Below are positions 55,101-63,697 of a stretch of 64,000 nucleotides of DNA, piece by piece. Below the pieces are notes generated by a model. It saw only the letters and a program-made list of their open reading frames with translations. It had not been told where the DNA came from and searched no databases. Made by a program: the position numbers and the translations under genes. Position 1 is the stretch's first letter, and each line of letters starts with the position of its first letter. The stretch comes from Octopus sinensis (Eukaryota), in the NCBI RefSeq assembly GCF_006345805.1, contig NC_043017.1, forward strand, positions 4,402,001-4,466,000, in the 5' to 3' direction.

Positions 55101-58100
55101 TTGATCTTGAAAAGGTCAAAGTTAAACTCAACAGGATTTGAACTCAAAGCATAAAGAACCAGAAGAACTATTGGTTCCAAATTTTGGCACAAGCCCAGCA
55201 ATTTTGGAGGTGTGGGGCTAATTTGTTTAGATCACCCCTAGTGCTCAACCGATACTTATATTTTCAATCCCAAAAGGATGAAGGGCAAAGTCGACCCTGG
55301 TGGCATTTGAACTCAGAACATAAAGTTGGAAGAAATGGTGTTAAGCATTTTGTCCGGTGCACTGACAATTCTGCCAGCTTGCTGCCTTAACCAGAACAAA
55401 TATTAAAAGCATTATTGCCTGGCTGTCTACTGATTCTGCAAATTTCTCATTCTGGTGGTAATATGATTTCTAACATGGACACAGAGTTAGAAATTCGGAG
55501 GTGAGGTGGTCTTGTTAATCTTCTCAACTATGCTACTTTTGTTTTAGCTACCCCAGAGGAATGAGATGCGAAGTAGACACTGGTTGGATAAGAATGTAAA
55601 AAGCCATAACTGATATATCACAAGACATTTTGTCAATGATCTACCAATACTACCAATCCACTACTATAGTAGTGGTGATAATAATAATTGCTGTTATAGG
55701 CACAAAGTCACCTGTTATAGGAGGGGGCAAAACACCCCCGCAATAGGTGAAAATCCACAAAGTAGAAACAGTACTGTACTGTATATTTTTTTTTTATTAT
55801 TTTTATAATTTGTATATATTTATTTTATTCTAAATGCAAAACAACACCACAAGGGAATCGGCATAAGCTTAAATAATAAACTGCAATAGGTGAACTGTGA
55901 TATGGCATGGAATTACTGTAGTTCCTTTCCCCAAAATTTCAGACCTTGTGCCTATAGCAGAAAGGATTATTATTATTATTATTATTATTATCATTATTAT
56001 TATTATTATTAAGGCAGCAAATTGGCAGAATCGTTAGTATGCTGGCCAAAATACTTAGCGGTATTTTGTCTGTTGCTACGTTCTGAGTTTAAATTCCACC
56101 GAGGTCGACTTTGCCTTTCATCTTTTCAGGGTTGATAAATTAAGTACCAGTTGCACACTGGGGTTGATGAAATTGACTAATCCTCTCCTCCAAAATCGCT
56201 GCCCTTGTGGCAAAATTTGAAACCATTATTATTGTTGTTATTATTGAGTTGTAGTAGTAGTAGTAGTATGTGAATGGTATGGCAGAAACTTTAATGAAGT
56301 TTGTACTAATAGCTCATTTTACAGAATTTAGTGATGTTCCTTTTTCATTTGGAGATCCAAGCCACCAAAATCACCTTTTTATTCTTCTGGGTTTGATAAA
56401 AATACCAATCAAGTGTTAGCGTTTGGTGCTAATTTAATTGACTAATCCGGCCTTAAATTTGTTAACTTGTGCCTATGTTATGAATGATTATTATTATTAT
56501 AAGTAGTGTAGAAGTAGTTTTTGTATAAGTAGTAAAATGGCATGGCAGATGTTTAGTACTAATGCATATTTGCAAATGATTCTGTTCACATGAAGCTAAA
56601 TTCCGTGCTGCTGCTGCTACTTTAGTACTGAACTAATAATTCGAGCAAAGGACTCCTCTTCAGTCCATGCTAGTGTCTTCCCCACTTTTGATGATCATTA
56701 CCATCACCCTTGTTGACATTGCCATCATTATCATTGTCATCGTCATCATTGTCGTCATCAAGTTTATCGTTTGTTGTTCCTTACTGTAAACAGCTGCAGG
56801 AAGTCCCAGTTGTGCACAGCTGGTAGACTTTGTCTAGCATCCAAACGGCTGATGTTCTGAGGAAGAAGATTTGGGCAAAGTGGTTAATTTCAAGTAAAAC
56901 GGGGTTGGATACAACAAGGTGGTAAAAGGTAGAAGTGAGTGAGTTGGGGGTGCCAGTGTGGAGGGGGTATGAGATCAGCCAGTTTTGTGAAGTAGAAGCC
57001 AATATAGCAGGGATAAGAAAAGACAGAGAAGAGATAGTTTGCCTGTAGATCAGAGGTTAGAAGGTGTCCATTACTGATGGAATGCCAAACAGCTGCATAG
57101 CCCTTCTCTCGATGTAGTCCGGGATGTGTGTGTAGCAGCTGCACTATTCCATTATAGGCCTCACTTGAGCCCCGTAGAAGTTCAGCTGTTGTTTGGGGCT
57201 GAAATGCCTTCTGATCCTGAAGAGAAGTGCTAGTCTTTGAGATGTGATTTTGGCTGTGTTAGGGATGTGTTTTAGCTAGGAGAGATCCTTGGTGATAGTG
57301 GGGACCATCATTTGGAGTAACTGTCAGGGTTCCAAGCGAGAGCCACTCTTATTCAGTGGGTTAAGGGTGCAGTGGTGTCTTCTTGAAATAAGAAGTGCTT
57401 GAGATGAGGTTGGCAGAGCCTCACTAGAGGATGCTAGAGCTGATCACCCAAAAAATCACCTGTTTAGTCTGCCGTAGGTCAGTAAGTACAGTTGGGGCCT
57501 ATATGCAACAAATATAGTAAAGATGGCAGTGGCATGTCGAGGCGTCCATCCAGTGGAAGTGAATTGTGAGCTGCTGAATGGAATATATTATTGTGTCATG
57601 GTGACCTTTCAACTTTTGACACAGCACTGACCAACGGAGATGTGTGCTAAGAAGGTCATGTTCAGCTTCACTGGATATCATTGACTGGGCTGGCTCACTG
57701 GAAGGCTGCACTAGATTCCATTCTGATTTGGCTTGGTTTTCTACGGCTGGATGCCCTTCCTAACACCAACCACTCTGAGAGTGTAATTCGTGCTTTTACA
57801 TGCCGCTGGCATGACACCTGGATGCGTTTACATGCAAGTTTGCATGACACCAATATCTGCCACAACTGGGATTTTGCTCGGCTTGATGGGTTTCCTCAAG
57901 CATGACATAATTTCAGAGGTCTCGGTCATTGCCTCCGTGAGGCCCAATGCTTGAAAGGAACTCAGCCACTTTGCCTCTGTGAGGCCCAGTACACTTTTGC
58001 TTTTTGTTTGTATAGCAATTGGTGAAGAACAGTGTGCTGGTTTAAAGGTTACCAGCAGGTGTGTGTGTGTAGGTAAAAGATCCATCTGGCCATCTTCTCC

Positions 58101-58963
58101 ACCCTGGAAGGGTTGTGGGGGTAGAGTCCTCAGGTACCTCTTCCAGAAGCAACTGTCATTAGACTTTCCAGCTGGATTCCCAAGTGTGATTGACTGAGGC
58201 TATGGCTATCATCCAACCCCCCCCTCGTTCTCGGGCTACTCCTAACGTCTCTTGCTGGTTTTGGCTTGGCTTGAAGAATCTATTTTGCAATTCTTTCCTG
58301 CTACAGCTGCAGGCCAACCTATTCTTTATGCGTGAATTTGATGGATGGAAACTGCAAGAAGCCTGTTGAATGTGTGCATACATGAATATTGATATTCCAT
58401 GCTTGTTGCCATGTGAGTGAAATGACAAAGATATTGGCAGTTTTTGTTGATATTACGACTGGTTGTTTTGTGTTTCCAAAGACCTGAAATAGAAAGTCAC
58501 ATACTCGAAGAAAAAACAAAATACAAAACAGGTAAATGTTGGTAACAGGAAGAATGACTGGCTGTAAAAATTGTGCTTCAAATAAGTACCCCTCTAACCC
58601 ATGCTGGCATGAAAAATATAGACTTTAAACAAATGAATGATTAGAGTCATGTTTGTCTAGCAGGTGACTTCCTCTGAGGCCGTGCTTTGAAACCGAAGTA
58701 ATTACATTATGAGAAAGCTAGTCTAATCATTCAATCTTCATTCATTTCATGGGGTGCAGGAATTTTCTTCATACAGCTGCAACTTGGTTCTTGAGTTGCC
58801 ATGGAAGTGTGTCAGTGGCTGTGTCTTTTACATGTGTGTGTATGCATTTATATATACACACACAGATTGCACATACATACATAAATATATAAATATATGT
58901 GTGTGTGAGTGTATGTTTAAGTACATATAAATACGAGTGTGTGTGTGTGTATATATATATATT

Positions 58964-58994
<31 letters not shown>

Positions 58995-61900
58995 GGTTAT
59001 TGTTTAATCCCTAGCCACTCAGATAACACAGACTTGTGAATAAAGTTGATTGATTTGTGACCATGTTGTCTCTTGTTGGCAGGAAATTTGGCTGCTATTT
59101 CTGTTTGTTCAAGCACCACATTGACGCTTTCTCGTTGTCTCAGGGTCAATGTTTATGTTACCATGTTAACTGAAATTGTAACTGTTTACTCACTTCTGTC
59201 TCCCTTTCCTAACTCCTCCCTCATCCAGGTATGTAGGACCAATGGAACGTGACTGTGCCACCAAGAAGTTAGAGGGCCATGCCAGTGGCACATACATGAT
59301 TAGAGAGAGTCAGAACCCAACACGAGCAGGAGAGTTATCTCTTAGTATATGGTAAGTATTGAAGTTGTTGTTAAGCTGTGGCTTACTCGTGTGTGTGTGT
59401 GTGTGTATTTTGTGGTGCTCACTTTATAAGTAAATACTGTCCCGAGTCCTGGGACTCATGGGGATAGTTACTGAGTTTCCCTGGTGTATAAGTGATTGAG
59501 AGCACTGCATTATTTCTCAACAGGAAGGATGGGAGTCATTTGCAGGGTTACTAATTTACAGCCGTCTGAACTGGAGCAAGAGGAAAGTAAAATTTCTTCT
59601 TCTGGAGAATGGCTTTTCTTTGTTAATGGAAAACTATTCCCTGGTTAGCCTTGCAACACCTGTAGTTTCTCTGCTCATCAATCTTGCTTCGTTACTAGCA
59701 TAGATGAGGATGTCATCTTGGTATACCCTGATTCCATTTGATCTCTTTTTGTGGAGTTTCCAGTTCTGAAATATGCCACTTGAATTCTTAAGTCCCAATT
59801 GAAGTCTGTTAACCAGGCAGAGACCATTAGTTGTATTAATAATGCAAATCTGCCTTGCTTCCTCCACTAAAGGTATTTGCCAATGTGCATGCTTTAAATC
59901 AAGAGTGGAGAACAACTTTGCACCTGGCATACCAGAGAAGTGTTTTGCTCAAGAACACAATGTATTGCTCAGTTTAGGAACCAAAACCCTGAGCTTGCTC
60001 TCATGCATGCAACATCCTAATGTGTTGGCCATGTTCTTTCACATCCTCACTATATGGTGTATGTGTCATTCTTGTTAGGCTATGGGCTGGTGCTATGTGT
60101 GATCATGTTGCTCAGTACAGTGTGCATTGTTGTTAACTATGACTGATGTTTATGTGGTAATTTTCCTCAGAATGCTGTTTTGTTGTTGTTGGTTATCAGT
60201 TGATAGTGTTTAGGTGATGGTGTCACTCTGTATACACAGTTTATTGTTGTTAGGCTATGGGTTGGTGATGGGTATGTGTGATGGTGTCGCTTATTGTATA
60301 TTTTGATAGTATGTATTATTGCTGTTGTGGCTGCTGCTAATCCATGGCCTAATCGTGTGTATAAAGCTATCATTCAGTGCTCAGCATTGTATTATCATTG
60401 CTGTTAAATTATAGGGGTTGTATCTGTATATTAGTGTATGTTTTACTTATTAAGCTATAGGTTGGAGGAAATGTGTGTGTGTGATAAAGGAAGTGTGTAT
60501 AGATGTGTGTTACATATGTTATATGTTAATGTGTGTAAAAAATGCATGAGTTGATTTGTAATTGGGGATTGGGCTTGTGCCTGTGTGAGGGTATAGTCAT
60601 GGCAATACACATCCATTTGGTGTGTCGACAAGAACAGCATTCCATGTGATAATGATGTCACAGTTACACAGCCCTTGTGTCTATTTTGTTCTGACAACAT
60701 TATAGGCATGTTGTGCGTTAGGGCAACACAGCTATGCAATGCACTGTTCCAACAACACCTAGTCATTCGGTGTGTTGTCATCACTTTGGCAACACAGTCA
60801 TAGATGTTATCAGGAGAACACAGACCTGTGGCCATTTCCTTTCAGTGACAGGGCATGCCTGTCTGATGACAATACAATGTGTGTTTGTGTGTGAGTGATA
60901 TCATGCTGACACTTTAATATTCATCTTTTTGTCCTTACAGTTTTGACAGTACAGTTCGTCATATAAAAGTGAATAAAACGTTAGAAGGAGATTTTTTCTT
61001 GGCCGACATCAAATTTTTCCACTCACTCCCAGTAAGTACAACCATTTTTCTCCTCTCTTTATCTCTCTTTGCCTTTCATTACCAACCTTTCTCAATTTTT
61101 TTTTTCTTTTCACAGATTATTTTCCATTATCAACTTCTCATCTTTCCCTAACACAAGTCTTTATCACCTTCAACAGCAGCAGCAGCGTTGCTATTATTTT
61201 TGCCATGGTGTTACTGTCATGAATACCATTATGATGATCATCACCAATGATACCATTTACCATCATCACTGTTTCATCATTGCCTCAAAGCGAACATCAT
61301 CACTGTCATCTTTTCTTTTTTTCTCTATTGTTGTGTCTCTGGATAAAAGTAAGGGAGGAGAGATGGTCAAGTTAATAGAAAGGCCGTACAACTTGCTGTT
61401 GATCTGTGACTCCTTGTTGCTGTACCTGTGTACCAGACAACTGAATACTAATCATCTTACCTAAGGGAACAATGCAGTGCCTCTGGTAGGACTTGAACTG
61501 TTTGCCCTCTGGCAGAAGGGCTGACTGTTACTATGAATCTAACTTGTAGATTCTCCAAGTGTCCAATTCTTCTGTCAGCTGACAATTGTAGCACTGATGA
61601 CATTGAATCATCAGCCTGTTGAGTGGTAAATTGTCAGACAGGTTTCTGACTGACCGACTGACTTTTGAGTGACCTGCTGTTGTTGTTGTTTCATCTTCTA
61701 ATTGTTTTGGTCATTGAACTGCAGCCATGCTGGGGCATCACCTTGGAGGGTTTAGTCAAGCAAATCAACTCTAGTACTTATTTTTAAATTTGGTATTTAT
61801 TCTGTTGGGCTGTTTTGCTGAACCACTAAGTTATGGGGCCATAAACGAACTGACATTGGTTCTCAAGTGATGTTGGGGGACAAACACATGCATGTATACA

Positions 61901-62516
61901 TAAATACACATACACACACTCTCTCCCCTTCTCTCTCTTTATTTCTCTCTCTCTCTCTCTCCGTTTTGATGTACCAAATTCACTCACAAGGCATTGGTTG
62001 GCCCAGGGCTATTGATGTCACCTGTCCAAGGTGACATGCATGGGGACTGAACCCTGCTTTATCTTCCTGACTGCAACTATCATCATCATCAGTTATTTCA
62101 TTAATATAGGCCATGGTTAATGGCAAATGTTGTTTTTGTATATACTAATTGGATCATCAGAAGCAGTAAAGGACAAAGAGTTGTGGGAGAAGTGTGAAGA
62201 TAGGTTAGCAGAGCTAAGTCCTTGTAGGCCCTGGGCCAGTGGATGTAAGGAGGCACCAAAAGGTGAGATATTGTTTTGCCGAGGGCGAGGAATTAGTAGT
62301 GGTGATTCTTTGTTTCTGTATCGTGGTTAATATATTATTATTGATTACTCAGGTTATGATTAACCAGTTGTACCTCTGTCAGGGGTTTATAATCTGAATT
62401 AAATGTTTTTCTGTTCATTTAGGAACTTGTCGAGTGGTATCAAGAAAATTCCTTGGTTCACAGTTTTCCTGAGTTGAAGACACAATTAAAGATCCCCTTC
62501 AAAGAAAGCACAACAG
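2878..62516 (+). CDS. vav: Vav family guanine nucleotide exchange factor, internal part (DH-PH-C1-nSH3-SH2), 21 spliced exons plus alternatives; both ends outside the window
   Basis: Manually spliced GT-AG exons join in consistent phase without stops and give Vav hallmarks: [114 protein letters not shown]. Confidence 0.96.
3248..4900. repeat. near-perfect 818-bp tandem duplication (2 copies)
   Basis: identical ORFs at 3368/4186 (offset 818) and 3825/4644 (offset 819); boundaries approximate, inside TC-rich tracts. Confidence 0.95.
4850..5056 (+). mobile_element. about 200-bp Penelope-like/retrozyme-like unit with minimal hammerhead motif (monomer)
   Basis: same sequence family as 7424-7825; CTTT-CTGTAGA-A-GAGC-GTAG-GCTC-GAAA-CG-TA-AAAG at 4932-4967. 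Confidence 0.65.
5159..5227 (+). CDS. vav: Vav exon, DH (HFSKPLRNVLPPQEREIIFKHIE)
   Basis: tttcag / gtaaga, 69 nt, phase 0-0. Confidence 0.95.
5331..5531 (+). CDS. vav: Vav exon, DH (PLLEVHQAF...YGDFCSNLPQAQ...VRNSIE)
   Basis: attcag / gtaagt, 201 nt, overlaps track ORF 5337..5654. Confidence 0.96.
6505..6940 (-). mobile_element. tRNA-derived SINE with internal (CA)n(TA)n, family A
   Basis: minus-strand head taggcgcaggcgtggctgtgtggtaag...ggttcagtccca; close paralogue at 8312-8733, older one near 61690-62055. Confidence 0.85.
7300..7395 (+). CDS. vav: Vav exon, DH ([32 protein letters not shown])
   Basis: tcaaag / gtatga, 96 nt, Vav signature segment. Confidence 0.97.
7424..7825 (+). mobile_element. 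tandem dimer of the about 200-bp hammerhead-bearing unit with 13-bp TSD
   Basis: two units, cores 197 nt apart; flanked by catactcattaaa (7411-7423) and catactccttaaa (7826-7838). Confidence 0.75.
7699..7734 (+). ncRNA. minimal type I hammerhead ribozyme motif
   Basis: stem I CTTT/AAAG, CTGAAGA, extra A, stem II GAGC/GCTC, GAAA, palindromic CG, TA cleavage site. Confidence 0.65.
8190..8261 (+). CDS. vav: Vav exon, DH (ELIKQTDKTDDDRKNLEIALEAMQ)
   Basis: ctgcag / gtcagt, 72 nt, phase 0-0. Confidence 0.95.
8312..8733 (-). mobile_element. tRNA-derived SINE, family A
   Basis: high similarity to 6505-6940. Confidence 0.85.
9500..9573 (+). CDS. vav: Vav exon, DH end ([24 protein letters not shown])
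   Basis: tttcag / gtagga, 74 nt, phase 0-2. Confidence 0.96.
9611..9680. repeat. (GGT)n microsatellite
   Basis: pure trinucleotide run; source of the poly-V ORF. Confidence 0.98.
9791..10020 (+). mobile_element. tRNA-derived SINE, family B (Nin-like central domain)
   Basis: ggcggcgagctggcagaa head, gagttcaaattcc B box, gcctttcatcctttcggggtcga core; about 12 copies or fragments in the window. Confidence 0.85.
10206..10431 (-). mobile_element. SINE family B nested in another SINE, 16-bp TSD
   Basis: reverse complement of 9791-10020; tgcccttcctaatgcc duplicated on both sides. Confidence 0.85.
10760..11182 (-). mobile_element. L1/Tx1-like non-LTR reverse transcriptase fragment
   Basis: NFRPITLLNTELKIL...LDQSKAFDRVDH...SVREGCPLSPL in ORF 10724..11323; truncated before the YADD motif. 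Confidence 0.9.
11917..11935 (+). CDS. vav: Vav 19-nt microexon (S-IVDLQM), required for frame
   Basis: polypyrimidine-ttgcag / gtgagt; phase 2-0 exactly bridges the flanking exons. Confidence 0.9.
12010..12358 (-). mobile_element. 3' end of a HERO-like (restriction-like endonuclease) non-LTR retrotransposon
   Basis: minus strand VGHSVRRLLLSLGLTHRKVNTTMTDIQTT, frameshift, HWIWLKRDDERWLEEY-stop, then a GC-richer 3' UTR; clade recognised from memory. Confidence 0.7.
12096..12143 (-). ncRNA. candidate rearranged (non-circularly permuted) hammerhead ribozyme
   Basis: TGCTGTC-GAGAGG-TAGGCCCT-GAAACGGCA-CGCAT-CCTCTC-CTGATGA: 6-bp stem I, 6-bp stem III, intact core, weak stem II. Confidence 0.6.
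12631..12710 (+). ncRNA. degenerate Penelope-type hammerhead motif with long stem II
   Basis: CTGATGA 12635-12641, TAGGGTG/CATCTTA pairing, GAAAC-AGCT-GTA; stem I only about 2 bp. Confidence 0.45.
13563..13760. mobile_element. SINE/LINE-tail family C with (CAT)n end
   Basis: catcatcgttt.acgtccg.tttccatgct.gcatgggttgga; paralogues near 39000-39340, 54609-54955, 10075-10500. Confidence 0.8.
13780..13867 (-). pseudogene. tRNA-Leu-derived pseudogene or SINE head
   Basis: TGGCCGAATGGTCTAAGGCGCCAG ... CGTGGGTTCGAATCCCACTTGTGACA then a T7 run; 5' acceptor strand missing, anticodon arm not canonical. Confidence 0.7.
14084..14175 (+). CDS. vav: Vav exon, PH start ([30 protein letters not shown])
   Basis: ttgcag / gtaagt, 92 nt, phase 0-2. 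Confidence 0.95.
15034..15264. mobile_element. TTAA-flanked MITE (piggyBac-like), diverged
   Basis: ttaa-ccttttggcatt ... aatgctaatgtg-ttaa; paralogue at 34209-34429. Confidence 0.75.
15355..15400 (+). CDS. vav: Vav exon, PH (R-YIFLFDKVMLMCKSR)
   Basis: ttctag / gtaagt, 46 nt, phase 2-0. Confidence 0.95.
17380..17423. repeat. perfect 44-bp AT-rich palindrome
   Basis: GAAATTATTCTTAATTTATATATATATAAATTAAGAATAATTTC equals its reverse complement. Confidence 0.95.
22001..22147 (+). mobile_element. Penelope-like fragment with G3:C8 hammerhead motif (22015-22065)
   Basis: same family as both arms of 46177-46549; inserted in (TA)n. Confidence 0.65.
25089..25109 (+). CDS. vav: candidate alternative 21-nt Vav microexon (IVDKLFW) in the PH domain
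   Basis: about 150-nt AG-free U-rich tract, caccag acceptor, TGG/gtaagg donor, phase 0-0, no stop. Confidence 0.65.
26966..27200 (+). mobile_element. tRNA-derived SINE, family D
   Basis: gcggaggcacgtggcttagtggttag A box, ggtttcgattcc B box, tgcgatggactggcatcccgtccag domain. Confidence 0.8.
31682..32701. repeat. about 229-bp direct repeat pair (31682-31910 and 32472-32701) separated by SINE B fragments
   Basis: direct visual alignment with scattered substitutions. Confidence 0.9.
34209..34429. mobile_element. TTAA-flanked MITE (piggyBac-like)
   Basis: ttaa-ccctttagcatt ... aatgccaaaggg-ttaa. Confidence 0.85.
35701..35796 (+). CDS. vav: Vav exon, PH (GEAYSYKEAIALGEYRIDEQVPSRDQQRKPDK)
   Basis: tttcag / gtatgt, 96 nt, phase 0-0. 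Confidence 0.93.
35842..36102. mobile_element. TTAA-flanked MITE, second family
   Basis: ttaa-ccctttcgttacc ... ggtaacgaaagtg-ttaa. Confidence 0.8.
38913..39474. mobile_element. mariner-like non-autonomous element with nested family C insertion
   Basis: TA flanks; gagggg..gctggaaagttcctgg versus ccaggaacttttcagcacctccttg. Confidence 0.7.
40774..40883 (+). CDS. vav: Vav exon, PH end (WNFSFTMVQKNQELAYTFFAKTDDMRSKWIEAILLS)
   Basis: ttgcag / gtgagt, 110 nt, contains the invariant PH helix Trp. Confidence 0.95.
40910..41330 (-). mobile_element. tRNA-derived SINE, family E, (AAAC)n tail
   Basis: minus-strand head tggaggcgcaatggcccagtggttaggg...ggtttcgattcccag. Confidence 0.8.
42035..42260 (+). 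mobile_element. SINE family B
   Basis: near-identical to 9791-10020. Confidence 0.85.
42444..42533 (+). CDS. vav: Vav exon, C1 part 1 (DNVQPAAGSTYVMHTFSKPKECDVCGKLL)
   Basis: ttgcag / gtaagt, 90 nt, phase 2-2. Confidence 0.94.
43890..43921 (+). CDS. vav: Vav exon, C1 part 2 ([11 protein letters not shown])
   Basis: ttacag / gtatgt, 32 nt, phase 2-1. Confidence 0.93.
46177..46549. mobile_element. Penelope-like insertion forming an about 150-bp inverted repeat, 11-bp TSD
   Basis: arms 46177-46328 and 46344-46494; AAGATTCATAG at 46166-46176 and 46550-46560. Confidence 0.8.
46259..46309 (-). ncRNA. minimal hammerhead motif with swapped G3:C8 pair
   Basis: TTTGTCA-GTGAACA-G-GTCGC-loop-GCGAC-GAAA-ATAT-TT-TGACAAA. 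Confidence 0.6.
46774..46821 (+). CDS. vav: Vav exon, C1 part 3 (E-TKKAVHKECIGKEKN)
   Basis: gtttag / gtaagt, 48 nt, phase 1-1. Confidence 0.92.
47568..47591 (+). CDS. vav: Vav 24-nt microexon (V-PPIPPRT), proline-rich linker
   Basis: tttcag / gtaagt, phase 1-1, open in the required frame. Confidence 0.85.
48097..48218 (+). CDS. vav: Vav exon, N-terminal SH3 part 1 ([40 protein letters not shown])
   Basis: ttgcag / gtaagt, 122 nt, phase 1-0; resembles the vertebrate Vav nSH3 QEYYGLPPPP motif. Confidence 0.93.
48270..48862. repeat. degenerate about 20-bp minisatellite (tgtgactgtaacattgcagg) split by a SINE B (48457-48675)
   Basis: recurring gtgactgtaaca-like units on both sides of the SINE. 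Confidence 0.7.
48865..49310 (-). mobile_element. two SINE family B copies (48865-49096 full, 49176-49310 partial)
   Basis: reverse complement of the family B sequence. Confidence 0.85.
49447..49509 (+). CDS. vav: Vav exon, N-terminal SH3 part 2 (GRLRGDEGWFPARSVSDVSSR)
   Basis: ttccag / gtacgt, 63 nt, GWFP motif. Confidence 0.92.
51164..51285 (+). CDS. vav: Vav linker exon A, mutually exclusive (SRTACYEKAF...KNLASYP-W)
   Basis: ttccag / gtatgt, 122 nt, phase 0-2, supplies the YPW start of SH2. Confidence 0.85.
51379..51506 (+). CDS. vav: Vav linker exon B, mutually exclusive (DHHRKTSYTEH...SMLTKYP-W)
   Basis: tttcag / gtatgt, 128 nt, phase 0-2, also ends YP-W. Confidence 0.85.
51545..51840. 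repeat. degenerate about 23-bp minisatellite (actagaatattccaacattcccc)
   Basis: recurring tagaatatt.ca.catt units. Confidence 0.75.
52772..52848. mobile_element. 77-bp Tc1/mariner MITE
   Basis: TA-caggggttggacaaaataat ... attattttgtccaacccctg-TA. Confidence 0.88.
53400..54070. repeat. degenerate 30-33-bp minisatellite (taaccatgactatcactacattaacttcttc-like)
   Basis: periodic taacca units; gives the T/S/I-rich ORFs at 53290 and 53396. Confidence 0.75.
54420..56480. mobile_element. cluster of SINE B and family C copies in both orientations
   Basis: repeated gtcgactttgcctttcatc cores and (ATT)n tails. Confidence 0.8.
56790..57500 (-). mobile_element. highly degenerate Penelope-like GIY-YIG endonuclease remnant
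   Basis: minus-strand peptides CYIGFYFTKLAD and AQIFFLRTSAV resemble the YIG.T...L..R and IF.L.T..P.GLN motifs; frameshifted. Confidence 0.45.
59229..59351 (+). CDS. vav: Vav exon, SH2 part 1 ([41 protein letters not shown])
   Basis: atccag / gtaagt, 123 nt, YMIRES corresponds to the FLVRES motif. Confidence 0.95.
59634..59930 (-). mobile_element. Ty3/Gypsy reverse transcriptase fragment
   Basis: GAKLFSTLDLKHAHWQIPL...NRLQLGLKNSSGIFQ...VYQDDILIYA; no LTRs seen. Confidence 0.9.
60941..61031 (+). CDS. vav: Vav exon, SH2 part 2 (C-FDSTVRHIKVNKTLEGDFFLADIKFFHSLP)
   Basis: ttacag / gtaagt, 91 nt, VRHIKV strand. Confidence 0.95.
62423..62516 (+). CDS. vav: Vav exon, SH2 part 3 ([31 protein letters not shown])
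   Basis: atttag / gttggt, 94 nt, phase 0-1. Confidence 0.95.
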
Positions 62517-63644
62517 GTTGGTAGTGACGAGGCTTGTTACATGAAGTGGTGGTGTTTATCTTATTGTCAGCCCTGATTGAACAGATCTATATGGTCAAAG
62601 GCATTCCAAACTTGACCATCCCATCTTTTTGTATATTTCTGATTAAATTTTTCCACTGTGTTTTTCCTCACTAGAGAAAATAGGAGAGTAGTAGAGTGTG
62701 ATGTGAGGAAGATCTGGCTGTTATATCTAATCACTCACATGACCATGTAGAGCAGTCATGGGTAAAGCTGCAGGATTTTCTGAATGGCATCCCTAACGAA
62801 AAATTGGTTTCATATTTTAGCACAAGGCCAGCAATTTTGGGGAGGGGTTAAGTCAGTTACATCGACCCCAGTACTTGTACTTATTTTATCTACCCCCAAA
62901 AGTATAAAAGACAAAGTCGACCTTGGTGCATTTTGAATTCAAAACATAAGAATGGACGAAATGCCACTAACCATTTTGCTTGGCATGCTAAAGGTTCTGC
63001 CAGCTCAGCACCTTACACCTAACAAAAAATTACTTGAGTATCTTTAGTATTGCAGCCTGTCTCATGATGAGGCAGCTCTCTCTCATGCAGCCTGCTTCTC
63101 AAAAGGTTTGCCCATGCCTTGATTTAGAGATAGCCTTGTTGGTTCAAAGTTATTAGGAGTCATTATGTGTGATGGTCTGATGCATCTGTAGTGCACCACC
63201 CTATTGCTACACATAAAGTTGTGTAGAAGAATGCAGTGGGCACATAGTGTACACAGTGCACTGCAACACTGCATGTTGACTCATGCAGATCCCTCATTAC
63301 TGCATGGAACTTTTGTAATTTACAGGGCTATATGCAGTACAATTTGGTGCTCTATAAACATGTGGATATAATGTCATGTAAATACTACTGTGCTACATGT
63401 TGCAATATTTCTTGTCATATCTTGCATTGTGACTACAAAGAAAAATGTGGTGAGTTTCTGTACTGCAAAGTAACTAATATGCATACAAGACCAAAGGGGT
63501 ACGGGCGCCGCATATGCATACATGCATATGTAATATGCATACATTGTCTGTGTACTTGTAGCTCTGTGCTGATCTACATTCGTCAATATTATCATGTATA
63601 ATGTCTAGATGGTGTTTACATAATGTGGTCAACATTGTGTCATG

Positions 63645-63695
<51 letters not shown>

Positions 63696-63697
<2 letters not shown>

